Source: an uncultured Bacteroidales bacterium (GTDB lineage: Bacteria > Bacteroidota > Bacteroidia > Bacteroidales > UBA12077). Taken from it: 64,000 nt of DNA. A model generated the notes under the pieces. It did no database searches. It had not been told where the DNA came from and was given only the letters and a program-made list of their open reading frames with translations. The translations under genes and the position numbers were made by a program. The stretch spans positions 1,086-65,085 of the forward strand of contig CAZPDP010000011.1 of NCBI GenBank assembly GCA_964585385.1. Reading direction: 5' to 3'. This document shows positions 18,559-29,182 of the stretch, one piece after another (position 1 is the stretch's first letter; the number at the start of each line of letters is the position of its first letter).

Positions 18559-19395
18559 ATGGATGCTAAAAAACTATTTGCCCAAATCCGGGAAAAAAAG
18601 AGCTATCTCTGTGTAGGACTTGATTCTGACCCGGATAAAATCCCTGGGCATCTCAGGAATCATGAAGAAGCACAATTTTTGTTTAATAAAGCCATCATTG
18701 ACTGCACTCATGAATTTTGTGTTGCATATAAAATTAACACTGCATTTTACGAAGTAAAAGGCAGCCAGGGATGGAAGATGTTAGAAAAAACAGCCGGTTA
18801 CATTAAGTCCAATTATCCCGGGATATTCCTGATTGCAGATGCAAAAAGAGGTGATATAGGAAATACAGCCCGAATGTATGCCAAAACTTTTTTTGACAGG
18901 ATGCATTTTGATGCGATAACAGTATCGCCTTACATGGGGAGAGATTCAGTTGAGCCTTTCCTTAAATTCCCGGATAAATGGGTTATCATCCTCGGACTTA
19001 CCTCCAACAAAGGAGCCGAAGATTTCCAGTTTTTCTATTCTGAAAAAGAAGAAAAACAATTGTTCGAGAAAGTGATAAGCCAGGCTGAAAGCTGGGGGAA
19101 GCAAGATAATACCATGTTTGTCTTTGGAGCTACAAAAGCTTTACACCTTAAAAAGATAAGAAATCTCATCCCAAATCATTTTCTACTCGTTCCGGGTATT
19201 GGAGCGCAGGGAGGCAGTCTGGAAGATGTATCGGAACACGGATTTAATGAACAATGCGGTTTGCTGGTAAATTCTTCCCGTTCCATTATATTCGCCGACA
19301 CCTCTGAAAATTTTTCCTCAGAAGCCGGGAAAAAAGCTAAAGCCATACAAAACTCAATGGAAAAACTACTTAAAAAATATCAAATTTTATCATGA
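18559..19395 (+). CDS. pyrF: Orotidine-5'-phosphate decarboxylase
   Basis: LCVGLD, DAKRGDIGNT, LVPGIGAQGG, NSSR. Confidence 0.95.
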   Translation: MDAKKLFAQIREKKSYLCVGLDSDPDKIPGHLRNHEEAQFLFNKAIIDCTHEFCVAYKINTAFYEVKGSQGWKMLEKTAGYIKSNYPGIFLIADAKRGDIGNTARMYAKTFFDRMHFDAITVSPYMGRDSVEPFLKFPDKWVIILGLTSNKGAEDFQFFYSEKEEKQLFEKVISQAESWGKQDNTMFVFGATKALHLKKIRNLIPNHFLLVPGIGAQGGSLEDVSEHGFNEQCGLLVNSSRSIIFADTSENFSSEAGKKAKAIQNSMEKLLKKYQILS

Positions 19396-19629
19396 ATCTG
19401 CCCCCACTATTCCATCTTTGTTAACCTCTTCAAGAATGAAAATCTTTCCCGCACTTGTACCCCTTTGCCCATTCAAATTAGGTGGCAACTATTTTTACAA
19501 TTAGCCTCGCCTTGAGAAGTAATACGTAAAATTGAAAATAAGATTTGCTACATCTGCTTATCACACTTCAAGTTTTTTTCAAAGTTTTTATATCTTTGAA
19601 TAACGAAACTGTAAATCCAAACTTTTTTC

Positions 19630-20913
19630 ATGAGACATGTTCCTGAAGACTTCCTTCAATATCTTTGGAAGTATAAATTATTCAATAAAGAAAATCTGAT
19701 AACCGATAAAGGAGAAAAAATTGAAATCTTTGAAAATGGTTGGCATAACCAGCATTCAGGACCTGATTTTTTAAACGCGAAAATAAAAATAGACAGCACA
19801 TTATGGGCCGGCAATGTCGAAATACATCTTAATTCTTCCGATTGGTATGCCCACAACCATCATACTGACAAGGCCTATGACAATGTTATCCTGCATATCG
19901 TCCTGAATCACAACCAGGAAATTAAAAGAACCAATGGAACAGAAATACCAACCCTGGAAATAGAATTCGATGATAATCTGTACGACAATTACAGTAAATT
20001 GTTAACGAATGAAAGCTGGATACCCTGTGAGCAAGAAATTGCTTATGTTGACCATTTCACGGTAAGTTTCTGGCTGGATAAGTTAACCATAGAACGGCTT
20101 AAGTTCAAGCATGATGACATTAAGACATCGCTTATTAAAAACAAAAACAACTGGGAAGTTACATTCTATCATAAACTAGCCAGGAATTTCGGTTTCAAAA
20201 TTAACGCAGAGCCTTTTGAAATACTGGCCCAATCCCTTCCTTTAGATTATCTCGCTAAACACAAAGACAGCAGATTTCAGCTTGAAGCTTTATTTTTCGG
20301 ACAGGCAGGTTTTTTAGAGAATAATTTGAGCCATGATAAATATTATCTCGAACTTAGCCGGGAATACGAATACTTAAGAAAAAAATTCGGTCTGCGCCCC
20401 ATTCAAAATCATGCCTGGAAATTTGCCCGGCTCAGACCTACCAATTTCCCAACCATCAGGATCTCTCAATTTGCCGGTATCATTTACCATTCACGAAAAT
20501 TGTTCTCCAGGATACTTGAAAGTGAGGACATATCGGAAATTCATGAATTACTCAAAACAGAAGTCAGTGAATTCTGGCATGAACATTACACCTTTCAAAA
20601 GCGAGCTCCTGCCAACCGAAGAAAAAAACTGGGAAAGACAGCCATCAATACCATTATAATTAATACTGTGGTTCCTTTTCTTTTTATATATGGCGAAAGA
20701 AAAAACAAACCACAATACAAAGACAAAGCGCTGAATTTTTTGAATCAACTGCCACCTGAGAGAAATTCGGTTATTAAAAAATGGAAAGAATTGAATATAC
20801 ATGCTGAAAATGCATATCAAAGTCAGGCATTAATTCAGTTAAAAAATTTATATTGCAGTCAGAAAAGATGTCTGGAATGTCAAATAGGCAATAAAATTAT
20901 CAACTTAACCTGA
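19630..20913 (+). CDS. DUF2851 family protein
   Basis: 'EDFLQYLWKYKLF', 'GPDFLNAKIKI', 'WAGNVEIH', 'RLRPTNFPTIR', C-terminal 'CSQKRCLECQIG'. Confidence 0.88.
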   Translation: MRHVPEDFLQYLWKYKLFNKENLITDKGEKIEIFENGWHNQHSGPDFLNAKIKIDSTLWAGNVEIHLNSSDWYAHNHHTDKAYDNVILHIVLNHNQEIKRTNGTEIPTLEIEFDDNLYDNYSKLLTNESWIPCEQEIAYVDHFTVSFWLDKLTIERLKFKHDDIKTSLIKNKNNWEVTFYHKLARNFGFKINAEPFEILAQSLPLDYLAKHKDSRFQLEALFFGQAGFLENNLSHDKYYLELSREYEYLRKKFGLRPIQNHAWKFARLRPTNFPTIRISQFAGIIYHSRKLFSRILESEDISEIHELLKTEVSEFWHEHYTFQKRAPANRRKKLGKTAINTIIINTVVPFLFIYGERKNKPQYKDKALNFLNQLPPERNSVIKKWKELNIHAENAYQSQALIQLKNLYCSQKRCLECQIGNKIINLT

Positions 20914-21096
20914 ACATGAAGGAAAAACAGTTAAAGATCAAAAAAACCAGTTCAAACTGTTCAAATCCTCAAAAGAATTAAATTTCTCTCTTCAATCTTT
21001 ACGGAAGGTCTGAATTTAATTGAGCAACAATTGAATGACACAAATCTTGATATATAACTTTTTTACAAAACTCCTTGCAAAGAGAAAAAAAATAAA

Positions 21097-21104
21097 TAAT
21101 TTTG
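21097..21104 (+). promoter_or_regulatory. -7 promoter box for rpsO
   Basis: TAATTTTG matches TAnnTTTG, about 45 nt upstream of the ATG. Confidence 0.5.
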
Positions 21105-21148
21105 CAGTTCTAATTAACTGGGTATAATTTATTCAAACGGAAAATAAT

Positions 21149-21415
21149 ATGATTAATTCAGAGAAAAAGAAAGAGATATTTAAAGAGTACGGAGGATCAG
21201 AGAGCAATACCGGTTCACCCGAAAGCCAAATCGCATTGTTTACGCAAAGAATTACTGATCTCACTAAACATTTAAAAAATCACAAGAAAGATTTCAGTAC
21301 ACGAAGAGCATTATTAAAACTGGTTGGAAAAAGAAGAAGATTGCTTGATTACCTGAAGAAAAATGATATTGAAAGGTATCGTGCCGTCATTAAGCAGCTT
21401 AAATTACGTAAATAG
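21149..21415 (+). CDS. rpsO: 30S ribosomal protein S15
   Basis: '[13 protein letters not shown]', '[25 protein letters not shown]'. Confidence 0.97.
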   Translation: MINSEKKKEIFKEYGGSESNTGSPESQIALFTQRITDLTKHLKNHKKDFSTRRALLKLVGKRRRLLDYLKKNDIERYRAVIKQLKLRK

Positions 21416-21418
21416 TAG

Positions 21419-21447
21419 AAAAGGCAATCAAAAGCATTGCCTTTTTT
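21419..21447 (+). terminator. Terminator or processing hairpin between rpsO and pnp
   Basis: AAAAGGCAAT...ATTGCC-TTTTTT. Confidence 0.7.
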
Positions 21448-21500
21448 CATATCTTTCCGGCTGATTAAACCTTAATCTTACCCGAAAAAAATTATTACAT

Positions 21501-23636
21501 ATGACTAAAGTTATTCAAAAATCTATTGACCTGGGTGAAGGTAGGACTATTACCCTAGAAACAGGCAAACTCGCAAAACAGGCAGATGGTTCTGTTGTTG
21601 TGAAGCAAGGAAGAACTATGCTATTGGCAACAGTTGTTTCAGCAAAAGAAGGAAAAGAAGATCTTGATTTCATGCCTCTCACTGTTGAATATAGAGAAAA
21701 ATTTGCTTCATTCGGACGTTTCCCGGGTGGTTTCCTTAAACGTGAATCAAGACCTTCCGATTACGAAATATTAATTTCCAGACTAGTAGACAGGGTATTA
21801 AGACCCCTTTTCCCTGAGGATTACCACGCAGAAACTTTTGTAACTATCCATCTGATTTCTGCAGATAAAGATATTACACCTGATTCTTTAGCAGGGTTGG
21901 CTGCTTCAGCGGCTCTGGCCGCGTCGGATATACCGTTTAACGGACCCATTTCCGAAGTAAGGGTAGCCAGGATTGATGGTCATTACAAGATCAACCCTAC
22001 CTTTTCAGAACTCGAAAAAGCTGATATGGATATCATGGTGGGTGCTAATCTTGAGCATGTTATGATGGTTGAAGGCGAAATGGACGAAGTTTCAGAAAAA
22101 GAGATGCTGGAAGCCATAAAATTTGCTCATGAGGTCATTAAAATGCATTGTATCACCCAGCAGGAAATTACTGATGAGCTGGGGATTCAAAAACGAGAAT
22201 ATGACCATGAGACCAATGATGACGATCTGAAAAAACTTCTGCATGAAAAGACTTATGACAGCATTTATAAGGCTGCTAAGGAAAATAAAGGAAAGCACGA
22301 GCGATCAGATGCTCTTAAAGAAATAAAGGAAAACTTTATCAATGAACAGATCGAAGAAAAAGGAGAAGAAGAAGTTGACACTGGTCTAATTGACAGATAC
22401 TTTCACGATGTAGAAAAAGAAGCCATCAGAAATCTTGTTCTAAGTGAAAGCATTCGTGTGGATGGCCGTAAATATGATGAAATCAGATCTATTTCCTGCG
22501 AAATAGACTATCTACCTGCAGCCCACGGATCCGCTCTTTTCACAAGAGGAGAAACACAGTCACTTACCACAGTCACCCTGGGGACAAAACTGGATGAGCA
22601 GGTTATTGATGAAGTGTTGGTTCAGGGTACAGAAAAATTTGTTTTACACTACAATTTCCCACCCTTTTCTACCGGTGATGCCAGACCAGTAAGAGGTGTC
22701 AGCCGCAGGGAGGTTGGGCACGGTAACCTGGCACACAGAGCTCTGAAAAGAATGTTACCGCCTGAATCTGAAAATCCTTACGCGATAAGAGTTGTTTCAG
22801 ATATCCTCGAATCCAATGGTTCCTCATCAATGGCAACCGTCTGCGCAGGTACATTAGCGCTTATGGACTCAGGTGTTCAACTTAAAAAACCGGTATCCGG
22901 AATTGCTATGGGACTTATTACGGATGAATCCGGAAAATATGCAGTTCTTTCGGACATACTGGGAGATGAAGACCATTTAGGTGATATGGACTTTAAAGTG
23001 ACCGGTACTATAGATGGAATAACCGCATGCCAGATGGATATTAAAATCTCAGGTTTGTCTTATGATATTCTTGGAAAGGCACTGGATCAATCCAAAGAGG
23101 GCAGGCTATTCATACTAAATAAAATGAATGAAACCATCTCAGAACCCCGGCCAGACTTAAAACCCCATTCACCAAGAATCCAGCAGATTAAAATTCCAAG
23201 AGATATGATTGGGGCGCTGATTGGTCCGGGTGGTAAGATTGTTCAGGAAATACAAAATGAAACCGAAACAACAATAACTATCGACCAGGAAGACAACTAC
23301 GGTATAGTTGATGTATTTGCTGAAAATAAAGAGCAAATAGACAAAGCAATGGAAAGAATTAAAGCCATTATACAGGTACCTGAAATTGGTGAAATATATG
23401 AAGGAGTGGTTAAATCTGTTGTGAACTTCGGTGCTTTCATTGAAATCTTACCCGGTAAAGAAGGTCTGCTTCATATATCTGAGATTGACTGGAAGCGAAT
23501 CAACAAAGTGGATGATGTACTAAAAGAAGGAGACACGGTAAAAGTCAAACTGCTGGATATCGATAAAAAAACAGGAAACCTGAAACTTTCAAGGAAAGCA
23601 CTTCTTCCAAAACCTGAAAGGGATAAAAAAGAATAA
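21501..23636 (+). CDS. pnp: Polyribonucleotide nucleotidyltransferase
   Basis: '[11 protein letters not shown]', two RNase PH domains ('RVDGR', 'SNGSSSMA', '[10 protein letters not shown]'), KH and S1 domains. Confidence 0.97.
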   Translation: MTKVIQKSIDLGEGRTITLETGKLAKQADGSVVVKQGRTMLLATVVSAKEGKEDLDFMPLTVEYREKFASFGRFPGGFLKRESRPSDYEILISRLVDRVLRPLFPEDYHAETFVTIHLISADKDITPDSLAGLAASAALAASDIPFNGPISEVRVARIDGHYKINPTFSELEKADMDIMVGANLEHVMMVEGEMDEVSEKEMLEAIKFAHEVIKMHCITQQEITDELGIQKREYDHETNDDDLKKLLHEKTYDSIYKAAKENKGKHERSDALKEIKENFINEQIEEKGEEEVDTGLIDRYFHDVEKEAIRNLVLSESIRVDGRKYDEIRSISCEIDYLPAAHGSALFTRGETQSLTTVTLGTKLDEQVIDEVLVQGTEKFVLHYNFPPFSTGDARPVRGVSRREVGHGNLAHRALKRMLPPESENPYAIRVVSDILESNGSSSMATVCAGTLALMDSGVQLKKPVSGIAMGLITDESGKYAVLSDILGDEDHLGDMDFKVTGTIDGITACQMDIKISGLSYDILGKALDQSKEGRLFILNKMNETISEPRPDLKPHSPRIQQIKIPRDMIGALIGPGGKIVQEIQNETETTITIDQEDNYGIVDVFAENKEQIDKAMERIKAIIQVPEIGEIYEGVVKSVVNFGAFIEILPGKEGLLHISEIDWKRINKVDDVLKEGDTVKVKLLDIDKKTGNLKLSRKALLPKPERDKKE

Positions 23637-23659
23637 AGAGAAAATCAATGAAAACAATG

Positions 23660-23691
23660 AAAAGCTGCCAAAAAATAAGGCAGCTTTTTTT
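23660..23691 (+). terminator. Intrinsic terminator after pnp
   Basis: AAAAGCTGCC...GGCAGC-TTTTTTT. Confidence 0.75.
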
Positions 23692-23798
23692 ATTCCTTAA
23701 AATGCCCATGCAGACAGTGATTTTTTGATATTCTAGTATTTCTTTTTTATATTTACTCTTCGATAAAAATGCATTATTAACTTCATAAATAATTGATT

Positions 23799-25910
23799 AT
23801 GAAAAATAAACTATGGCTCTCCCTCGCAGTATTAATTGTATTTGTGTATTCGTGCCAGAATGCAAATTACAATTATCCGGAAACTAAAAAAGTTGATACT
23901 GTAGACACATACTTTGGAACTGAAGTAGCAGACCCTTACCGGTGGCTTGAAAATGACACTGCTAAAGAAGTTAAGCAATGGGTTAAAGCACAAAACAAAG
24001 TTACCTTCGACTACCTGGAGCAAATTCCTTACCGACCCAAACTAAAATCAAGACTTAAAGAGATATGGAATTATAAAAAAATGGGATCGCCTAAACAAAT
24101 AGGTGATAAGTATTTCTTCTTTAAAAATGACGGATTACAAGATCAGTCAGTATTGTACATGACGGATGATTTGAAGAAAGAACCCCAGGTTGTTCTTGAT
24201 CCCAATAAACTCTCAAAAGATGGTTCAATATCTTTATCTAATTACGAAGTTTCCAAAAACGGAAAATATATAGCTTATTCAATTTCAAGAGGTGGTTCAG
24301 ACTGGCAGGAAATTTATATCAAAAACCTTGAAAACGGGGAAAAGCTGGATGATCACATCAAATGGGTTAAATTTTCAGGTATTGCCTGGTATAAAGACGG
24401 TTTCTTCTACAGCAAGTATGAAGAACCCCAGGAAGGAGAAGAGCTATCTCAGATGAATAAAAACCAGAAAGTATATTATCACAAACTGGGAGATAATGTA
24501 AGCCATGACGAACTGATTTTTAAAAACCAAAAATATCCGCAGAGAATGTACTATCCGGATATTTCTGAAGATGAAAAATACCTTTACATATACGAATCCA
24601 GGTCCACACATGGCAACAATGTATACATCAAGAATCTACGGACCAATAAAAACTTTGTAAAATTAACCACAGGATTCAAATATGAATATGATATCCTTGG
24701 CCACAGGGGAGATAAATTGATTGTACGAACCAATTACAATGCACCCAAATTTAAGGTTGTAAAAATTGATGTTCACAAAAGAGATGTGGGCAACTGGATT
24801 GAAGTCATACCGGAAAAAAAAGATGTACTAAGACAATGTGAGCTTGTAGGCGATAAAATAGTAACCTCTTATTTAAAAGATGCACATAGCCAGCTTGGGG
24901 TATATTCAAATAATGGAGATCACCTGTATGATATTGAATTGCCTGAACTAGGCAGTGTAGGTTCCATTAATGGAAATCAACAAAGCAATACTTTTTTCTA
25001 TTCATTTACCTCTTACACTACCCCATCGCAGGTATGGAAGTTCAATGTAGAAAACAAAGATTCTGAGGTCATTTTCAAACCCGATTTAAATATCAACACC
25101 GATGAATATGTGACTGAACAGGTATTTTACAAAGCGAAAGATGACACAAAAATACCCATGTTTATAGTGCATAAAAAAGGTATTGAAGCAGACGGGACCA
25201 ACCCTGTCATGCTTTATGGCTACGGTGGATTCAATGCAAGCCTGACACCTCGTTTCAGTACAAGCAATATGGTCTGGCTTGAGAGCGGAGGAATTTATGC
25301 GGTAGCTAATTTAAGAGGAGGTGGAGAATATGGAGAAAAATGGCACCGTCAGGGTATTCGACTGAATAAAAAGAATGTCTTTAACGACTTTATTGCAGCC
25401 GCTGAATATTTAATTGACAAAAAGTACACCAATCCGAATAAACTAGCTATACACGGAGCTTCTAACGGGGGATTATTAATTGGTGCGGTTGTAAACAAGC
25501 GCCCTGAGCTTTTTGAAGTAGCAATTCCTTCTGTTGGAGTTATGGATATGCTGAGGTTCCATAAATTTACTATTGGTTGGGCCTGGGTTGACGAATATGG
25601 TTCAAGCGAAGATTCTCTGGATTTTGAAAACCTTTACAGTTACTCACCGCTCCATAACATTCAGGGAAATTTGAACTACCCAGCTATACTGGCCATGACT
25701 GCTGACCATGATGACCGTGTGGTTCCGGCTCATTCTTTCAAATATATTGCCACTCTGCAGGAAAAATACGGCGGTAAAAACCCAACCATGATTCGTATTC
25801 AGACTAAAGCAGGCCATGGTGCCGGAAAAGCTACCAGCGTTAAAATACAGGAAGAAGCAGATATGTGGTCGTTTATTTTTTACAATATGGATATTAAACC
25901 AAATTTTTAA
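23799..25910 (+). CDS. Prolyl oligopeptidase (S9A), lipoprotein
   Basis: Lipobox VYSC, 'ADPYRWLE', GASNGG nucleophile, 'DHDDRV', 'AGHGAG'. The ATG at 23799 is preferred over the TTG at 23793. Confidence 0.93.
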   Translation: MKNKLWLSLAVLIVFVYSCQNANYNYPETKKVDTVDTYFGTEVADPYRWLENDTAKEVKQWVKAQNKVTFDYLEQIPYRPKLKSRLKEIWNYKKMGSPKQIGDKYFFFKNDGLQDQSVLYMTDDLKKEPQVVLDPNKLSKDGSISLSNYEVSKNGKYIAYSISRGGSDWQEIYIKNLENGEKLDDHIKWVKFSGIAWYKDGFFYSKYEEPQEGEELSQMNKNQKVYYHKLGDNVSHDELIFKNQKYPQRMYYPDISEDEKYLYIYESRSTHGNNVYIKNLRTNKNFVKLTTGFKYEYDILGHRGDKLIVRTNYNAPKFKVVKIDVHKRDVGNWIEVIPEKKDVLRQCELVGDKIVTSYLKDAHSQLGVYSNNGDHLYDIELPELGSVGSINGNQQSNTFFYSFTSYTTPSQVWKFNVENKDSEVIFKPDLNINTDEYVTEQVFYKAKDDTKIPMFIVHKKGIEADGTNPVMLYGYGGFNASLTPRFSTSNMVWLESGGIYAVANLRGGGEYGEKWHRQGIRLNKKNVFNDFIAAAEYLIDKKYTNPNKLAIHGASNGGLLIGAVVNKRPELFEVAIPSVGVMDMLRFHKFTIGWAWVDEYGSSEDSLDFENLYSYSPLHNIQGNLNYPAILAMTADHDDRVVPAHSFKYIATLQEKYGGKNPTMIRIQTKAGHGAGKATSVKIQEEADMWSFIFYNMDIKPNF

Positions 25911-25984
25911 AATATTATTCTATACCTTTGTAAGAAGCTGCTTTTATTCTGAAAGCAGCTTTTTTACTAATAAATTATATATCT

Positions 25985-26620
25985 GTGGATTATAAATACA
26001 TTGTGATTGAAGGTAACATAGGAGCAGGGAAAACAAGCCTGGCAAAAAAAATAGCATCTGAATACAATGCAAACCTGGTACTTGAAGAATTTGAGGACAA
26101 TCCTTTTCTTCCTAAATTTTATAAAAATCCAGACAAGTACTCATTTCATGTTGAGCTCTCATTCCTTGCCAGCAGATACCAGCAGCTTATTAATGAAATC
26201 CCTTATAAAAACCTTTTCAAAACATTTACCCTGGCTGATTTTTATTTTGCCAAGTCTCTGATTTTTGCCAGCGTTACTCTTTCCCAGTCAGAATATAATC
26301 TATACCGAAAAATATTTAACATAATTTACAAATCCTTACCCAAGCCTGATATTTATATTTACCTTCATGTGAATACCAAACGACTGATTGAAAATATAAG
26401 AAAAAGGGGAAGAGAGTATGAAAAAGAGTTGGATGAGGACTACTTAAACAAATTACAAAATGCTTATTTTCAATTTATGAGAGAACAAAAAGAGATGCGA
26501 ATTGTAATACTAGATGTAACAAACATGGACTTTATGAGACATGACTCTGATTATGAAACAATTAAACATCAAATCTTCAACAAAAAATATAATAAAGGAT
26601 TAAATCAGATTGCTTTTTAA
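25985..26620 (+). CDS. Deoxynucleoside kinase (dCK/dGK family)
   Basis: P-loop IEGNIGAGKT, 'ELSFLASRYQQ', 'RIRKRGREYE'-like lid (ENIRKRGREYE). Confidence 0.88.
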   Translation: MDYKYIVIEGNIGAGKTSLAKKIASEYNANLVLEEFEDNPFLPKFYKNPDKYSFHVELSFLASRYQQLINEIPYKNLFKTFTLADFYFAKSLIFASVTLSQSEYNLYRKIFNIIYKSLPKPDIYIYLHVNTKRLIENIRKRGREYEKELDEDYLNKLQNAYFQFMREQKEMRIVILDVTNMDFMRHDSDYETIKHQIFNKKYNKGLNQIAF

Positions 26621-26737
26621 TGTACTATTAATGATAATTTTCGTATATTTATTTTTATTTTACCCAAAACATTATTAAGTTTGTACTTTAAGAGTCACAT
26701 TTAGAAACTAATTCAAAACAAATAATTAGAGGCAATT

Positions 26738-28462
26738 ATGAAAAAACTAAATTTCTTAACATCTTTCTTAATAGCAGCTTTAATCTTGAGTAGCTGCGGC
26801 GGCCTAGATAAAATGGCAGAAGAATACGGAACTCTCCAGTTTCAAACAGAACCAAAAATTTTAGAAATGCATGGTGGAACAGTAGAATATTCCATCGATG
26901 GAGATATCCCCCCTGAATGGTTCAACAAAGATGCAGTGGTGGAATTTACCCCTGTACTTACCTATGAAGGAGGTGAAGTAGCAGGTGAATCCAAAACATT
27001 CCAGGGCGAAGACGTTGAAGCCAATAATACAGTAATACCTTACGAAGGAGGTAAGTCGATTTCTTTCGAAGGTAATTTTGACTATAAAAAAGATATGAGG
27101 GTATCAACCCTTGAAATGAGAGGTACAGCATCTGTTGACGATGAGTCAATTCAGTTACCTGTAATCAATCTGTCAAAAGGTGTTGTAGCTACACCAAATC
27201 TGGTTCAGATTGACCCCAAGCCTGTTCTTGCTTCTGATAAGTTTATCAGGGTAACCGAACACCAGGAAAAAGCTGATATTCATTATCTCATTGAAAGAGA
27301 CAACTTAAGAAGATCAGAGCTTACCCAGGATGATATTAAAAATCTTGAAAATTTTGTAAAAGATGTTGAAGAAGCTGAAAATAAAAAGTATAAAGGTATA
27401 AAAATTTCTTCCTATGCTTCTCCTGATGGACCCACTGACCTTAACGAAAGACTTTCTAAAGGAAGAAAGGGTTCAGCCAATAGTTACCTGGACAAAGTGA
27501 TAGACAAGAAGAAACTCAGTGAAGAAGATGCAAAGAAATTATACGAAGTAAAAACTACTACTGAAGACTGGGAAGGTTTCAAAAAATTAGTGCAGGAATC
27601 AAACATTGAGGATAAAGACCTTATCCTAAGGGTTCTCTCAATGTACTCAGACCCTGAAGTAAGAGAAAAAGAACTTGAAAACATGGCTAAAACCTGGGAA
27701 GTATTAGCTGATGAGATTCTTCCCAAACTGAGAAGATCTGAGTTCTATGTTACTATCGAACAAATAGGTTTCTCCGATGAGGAAATCGAAAAGTTTGTTG
27801 ATGAAAATCCGGATACCTTAAATGTAGAAGAATTGCTTTACGCAGGTTACAACCTTTTCAAAGATGATCTTGACAAACAACTGAAAGCTTTTGAATTAGC
27901 TACAGAGAAAGATCCTGAATGCCTGAGAGCATATAACAACATTGGTTATGTTAAAATCAAACAAGGTAAGCTTGGTGACGCTACAGAAGCCCTTGAAAAA
28001 GCCAATGAAATAAAAGAGGGACATCCGATGGTTTTAAACAATCTTGGTGTTATTGCTCTTGAACAAGGCAATATTGAAGAAGCTAAGCAATACTTCAAAG
28101 ATGGTATGGATGCCGGAAAACAGGCTAAGTACAATCTTGGAATTATCTCTGTTAAAGAAGGCGAATACGAGCAAGCTATCAATCACCTTCAGGAATACAA
28201 TTCCTTCAATACAGCGCTTGCCATGTTGCTGGGTGGAAAGAAAACTGAAGCTGGTAAAATGTTAGCTGGTCTTGATGAAACGAATGCAATGGTAAATTAC
28301 CTGCAGGCAGTTATTGCAGCAAGAAATAATGCGGAAAATGAAGTATTCGAAAACCTGAGAACAGCAGTTGAAGAAGATAATTCACTGAAAGATCTGGCAA
28401 AAACAGATATGGAATTTGCCAGCTACTTCGAAAATGAAACATTCAAATCAATCGTTGAATAA
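26738..28462 (+). CDS. Lipoprotein with an OmpA-like central motif and C-terminal TPRs
   Basis: Lipobox LSSC; 'SSYASPDGPTDLNERLSKGR' resembles OmpA_C; TPRs 'RAYNNIGYV' and 'MVLNNLGVI'. Confidence 0.7.
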   Translation: MKKLNFLTSFLIAALILSSCGGLDKMAEEYGTLQFQTEPKILEMHGGTVEYSIDGDIPPEWFNKDAVVEFTPVLTYEGGEVAGESKTFQGEDVEANNTVIPYEGGKSISFEGNFDYKKDMRVSTLEMRGTASVDDESIQLPVINLSKGVVATPNLVQIDPKPVLASDKFIRVTEHQEKADIHYLIERDNLRRSELTQDDIKNLENFVKDVEEAENKKYKGIKISSYASPDGPTDLNERLSKGRKGSANSYLDKVIDKKKLSEEDAKKLYEVKTTTEDWEGFKKLVQESNIEDKDLILRVLSMYSDPEVREKELENMAKTWEVLADEILPKLRRSEFYVTIEQIGFSDEEIEKFVDENPDTLNVEELLYAGYNLFKDDLDKQLKAFELATEKDPECLRAYNNIGYVKIKQGKLGDATEALEKANEIKEGHPMVLNNLGVIALEQGNIEEAKQYFKDGMDAGKQAKYNLGIISVKEGEYEQAINHLQEYNSFNTALAMLLGGKKTEAGKMLAGLDETNAMVNYLQAVIAARNNAENEVFENLRTAVEEDNSLKDLAKTDMEFASYFENETFKSIVE

Positions 28463-28485
28463 AGCAAGCGATTATTAAAATAAAG

Positions 28486-28518
28486 AAAAACGCACTTCAT
28501 TTGGAGTGCGTTTTTTTT
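28486..28518. terminator. Bidirectional terminator
   Basis: AAAAACGCACT...AGTGCG-TTTTTTTT between convergent genes. Confidence 0.75.
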
Positions 28519-28547
28519 ATCCATTAGAGGAGTGCAATAACTAAAAT

Positions 28548-29078
28548 TTAACTTTTTAAGTGAAAATAAAAGTGATACAATACGATTCCCACGCTTACTG
28601 AAATATTGAAAGAATGCTTTGTTCCATGTTGTGGTATTTCCAAACAAATATCGCTTTTTTCAACAATAGATTGCTGCACACCTTTAACTTCATGCCCAAA
28701 TACTAACGCGTATTTTTCATCCATGACAGGATTAAAATCTGTAAGAATTTTGCTATTGTCTGCCTGTTCAACAGAACAAACTGTATATCCCTTCTCTTGC
28801 AAATCGGCAATTGCCTCTTCTGTTGTTTTGAAATATTTCCAGGATACGGAATCGGTTGCTCCCAGAGCTGTTTTATGTATATCCCTGTGGGGTGGCTTGG
28901 CTGTTATACCACACAAATAAATTCCTTTAATAAGAAAACCATCGGCGGTCCTGAACACCGAGCCAACATTGTTCAGGCTTCTCACATTATCCAGTACAAC
29001 TACTACCGGATATTTATCAGCCCCTCTGAATTCCTCAACCGATTTTCTCTGAAGCTCACTATTTTTTAATTTTCTCAT
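28548..29078 (-). CDS. SpoU/TrmH family RNA methyltransferase
   Basis: 'VVLDNVRSLNNVGSVFRTAD', 'LVFGHEVKG', 'IPQHGTKHSFNISVS'. Confidence 0.9.
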   Translation of the reverse strand: MRKLKNSELQRKSVEEFRGADKYPVVVVLDNVRSLNNVGSVFRTADGFLIKGIYLCGITAKPPHRDIHKTALGATDSVSWKYFKTTEEAIADLQEKGYTVCSVEQADNSKILTDFNPVMDEKYALVFGHEVKGVQQSIVEKSDICLEIPQHGTKHSFNISVSVGIVLYHFYFHLKS

Positions 29079-29127
29079 AGTCTGTCAACTATTTGCAAAT
29101 GCCAAAATTAATACAATTCAAACCAAT

Positions 29128-29157
29128 AAAAAAAGCCTGAAGGGAAACTTCAGGCTT
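29128..29157 (-). terminator. Intrinsic terminator after the AGCS symporter gene
   Basis: A-run, GCCTGAAG...CTTCAGGC. Confidence 0.7.
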
Positions 29158-29182
29158 AATAAGATTATTATATGCAGAAAAA

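Noticed and set aside
19396-19629. Possible gene fragment or ncRNA between pyrF and DUF2851
   Set aside because: Only frames of 33 codons or fewer with no recognisable motif, and no convincing stable structure.
21105-21148. S15 autoregulatory leader RNA
   Set aside because: Plausible from its position, but I could not identify a supporting structure by eye.
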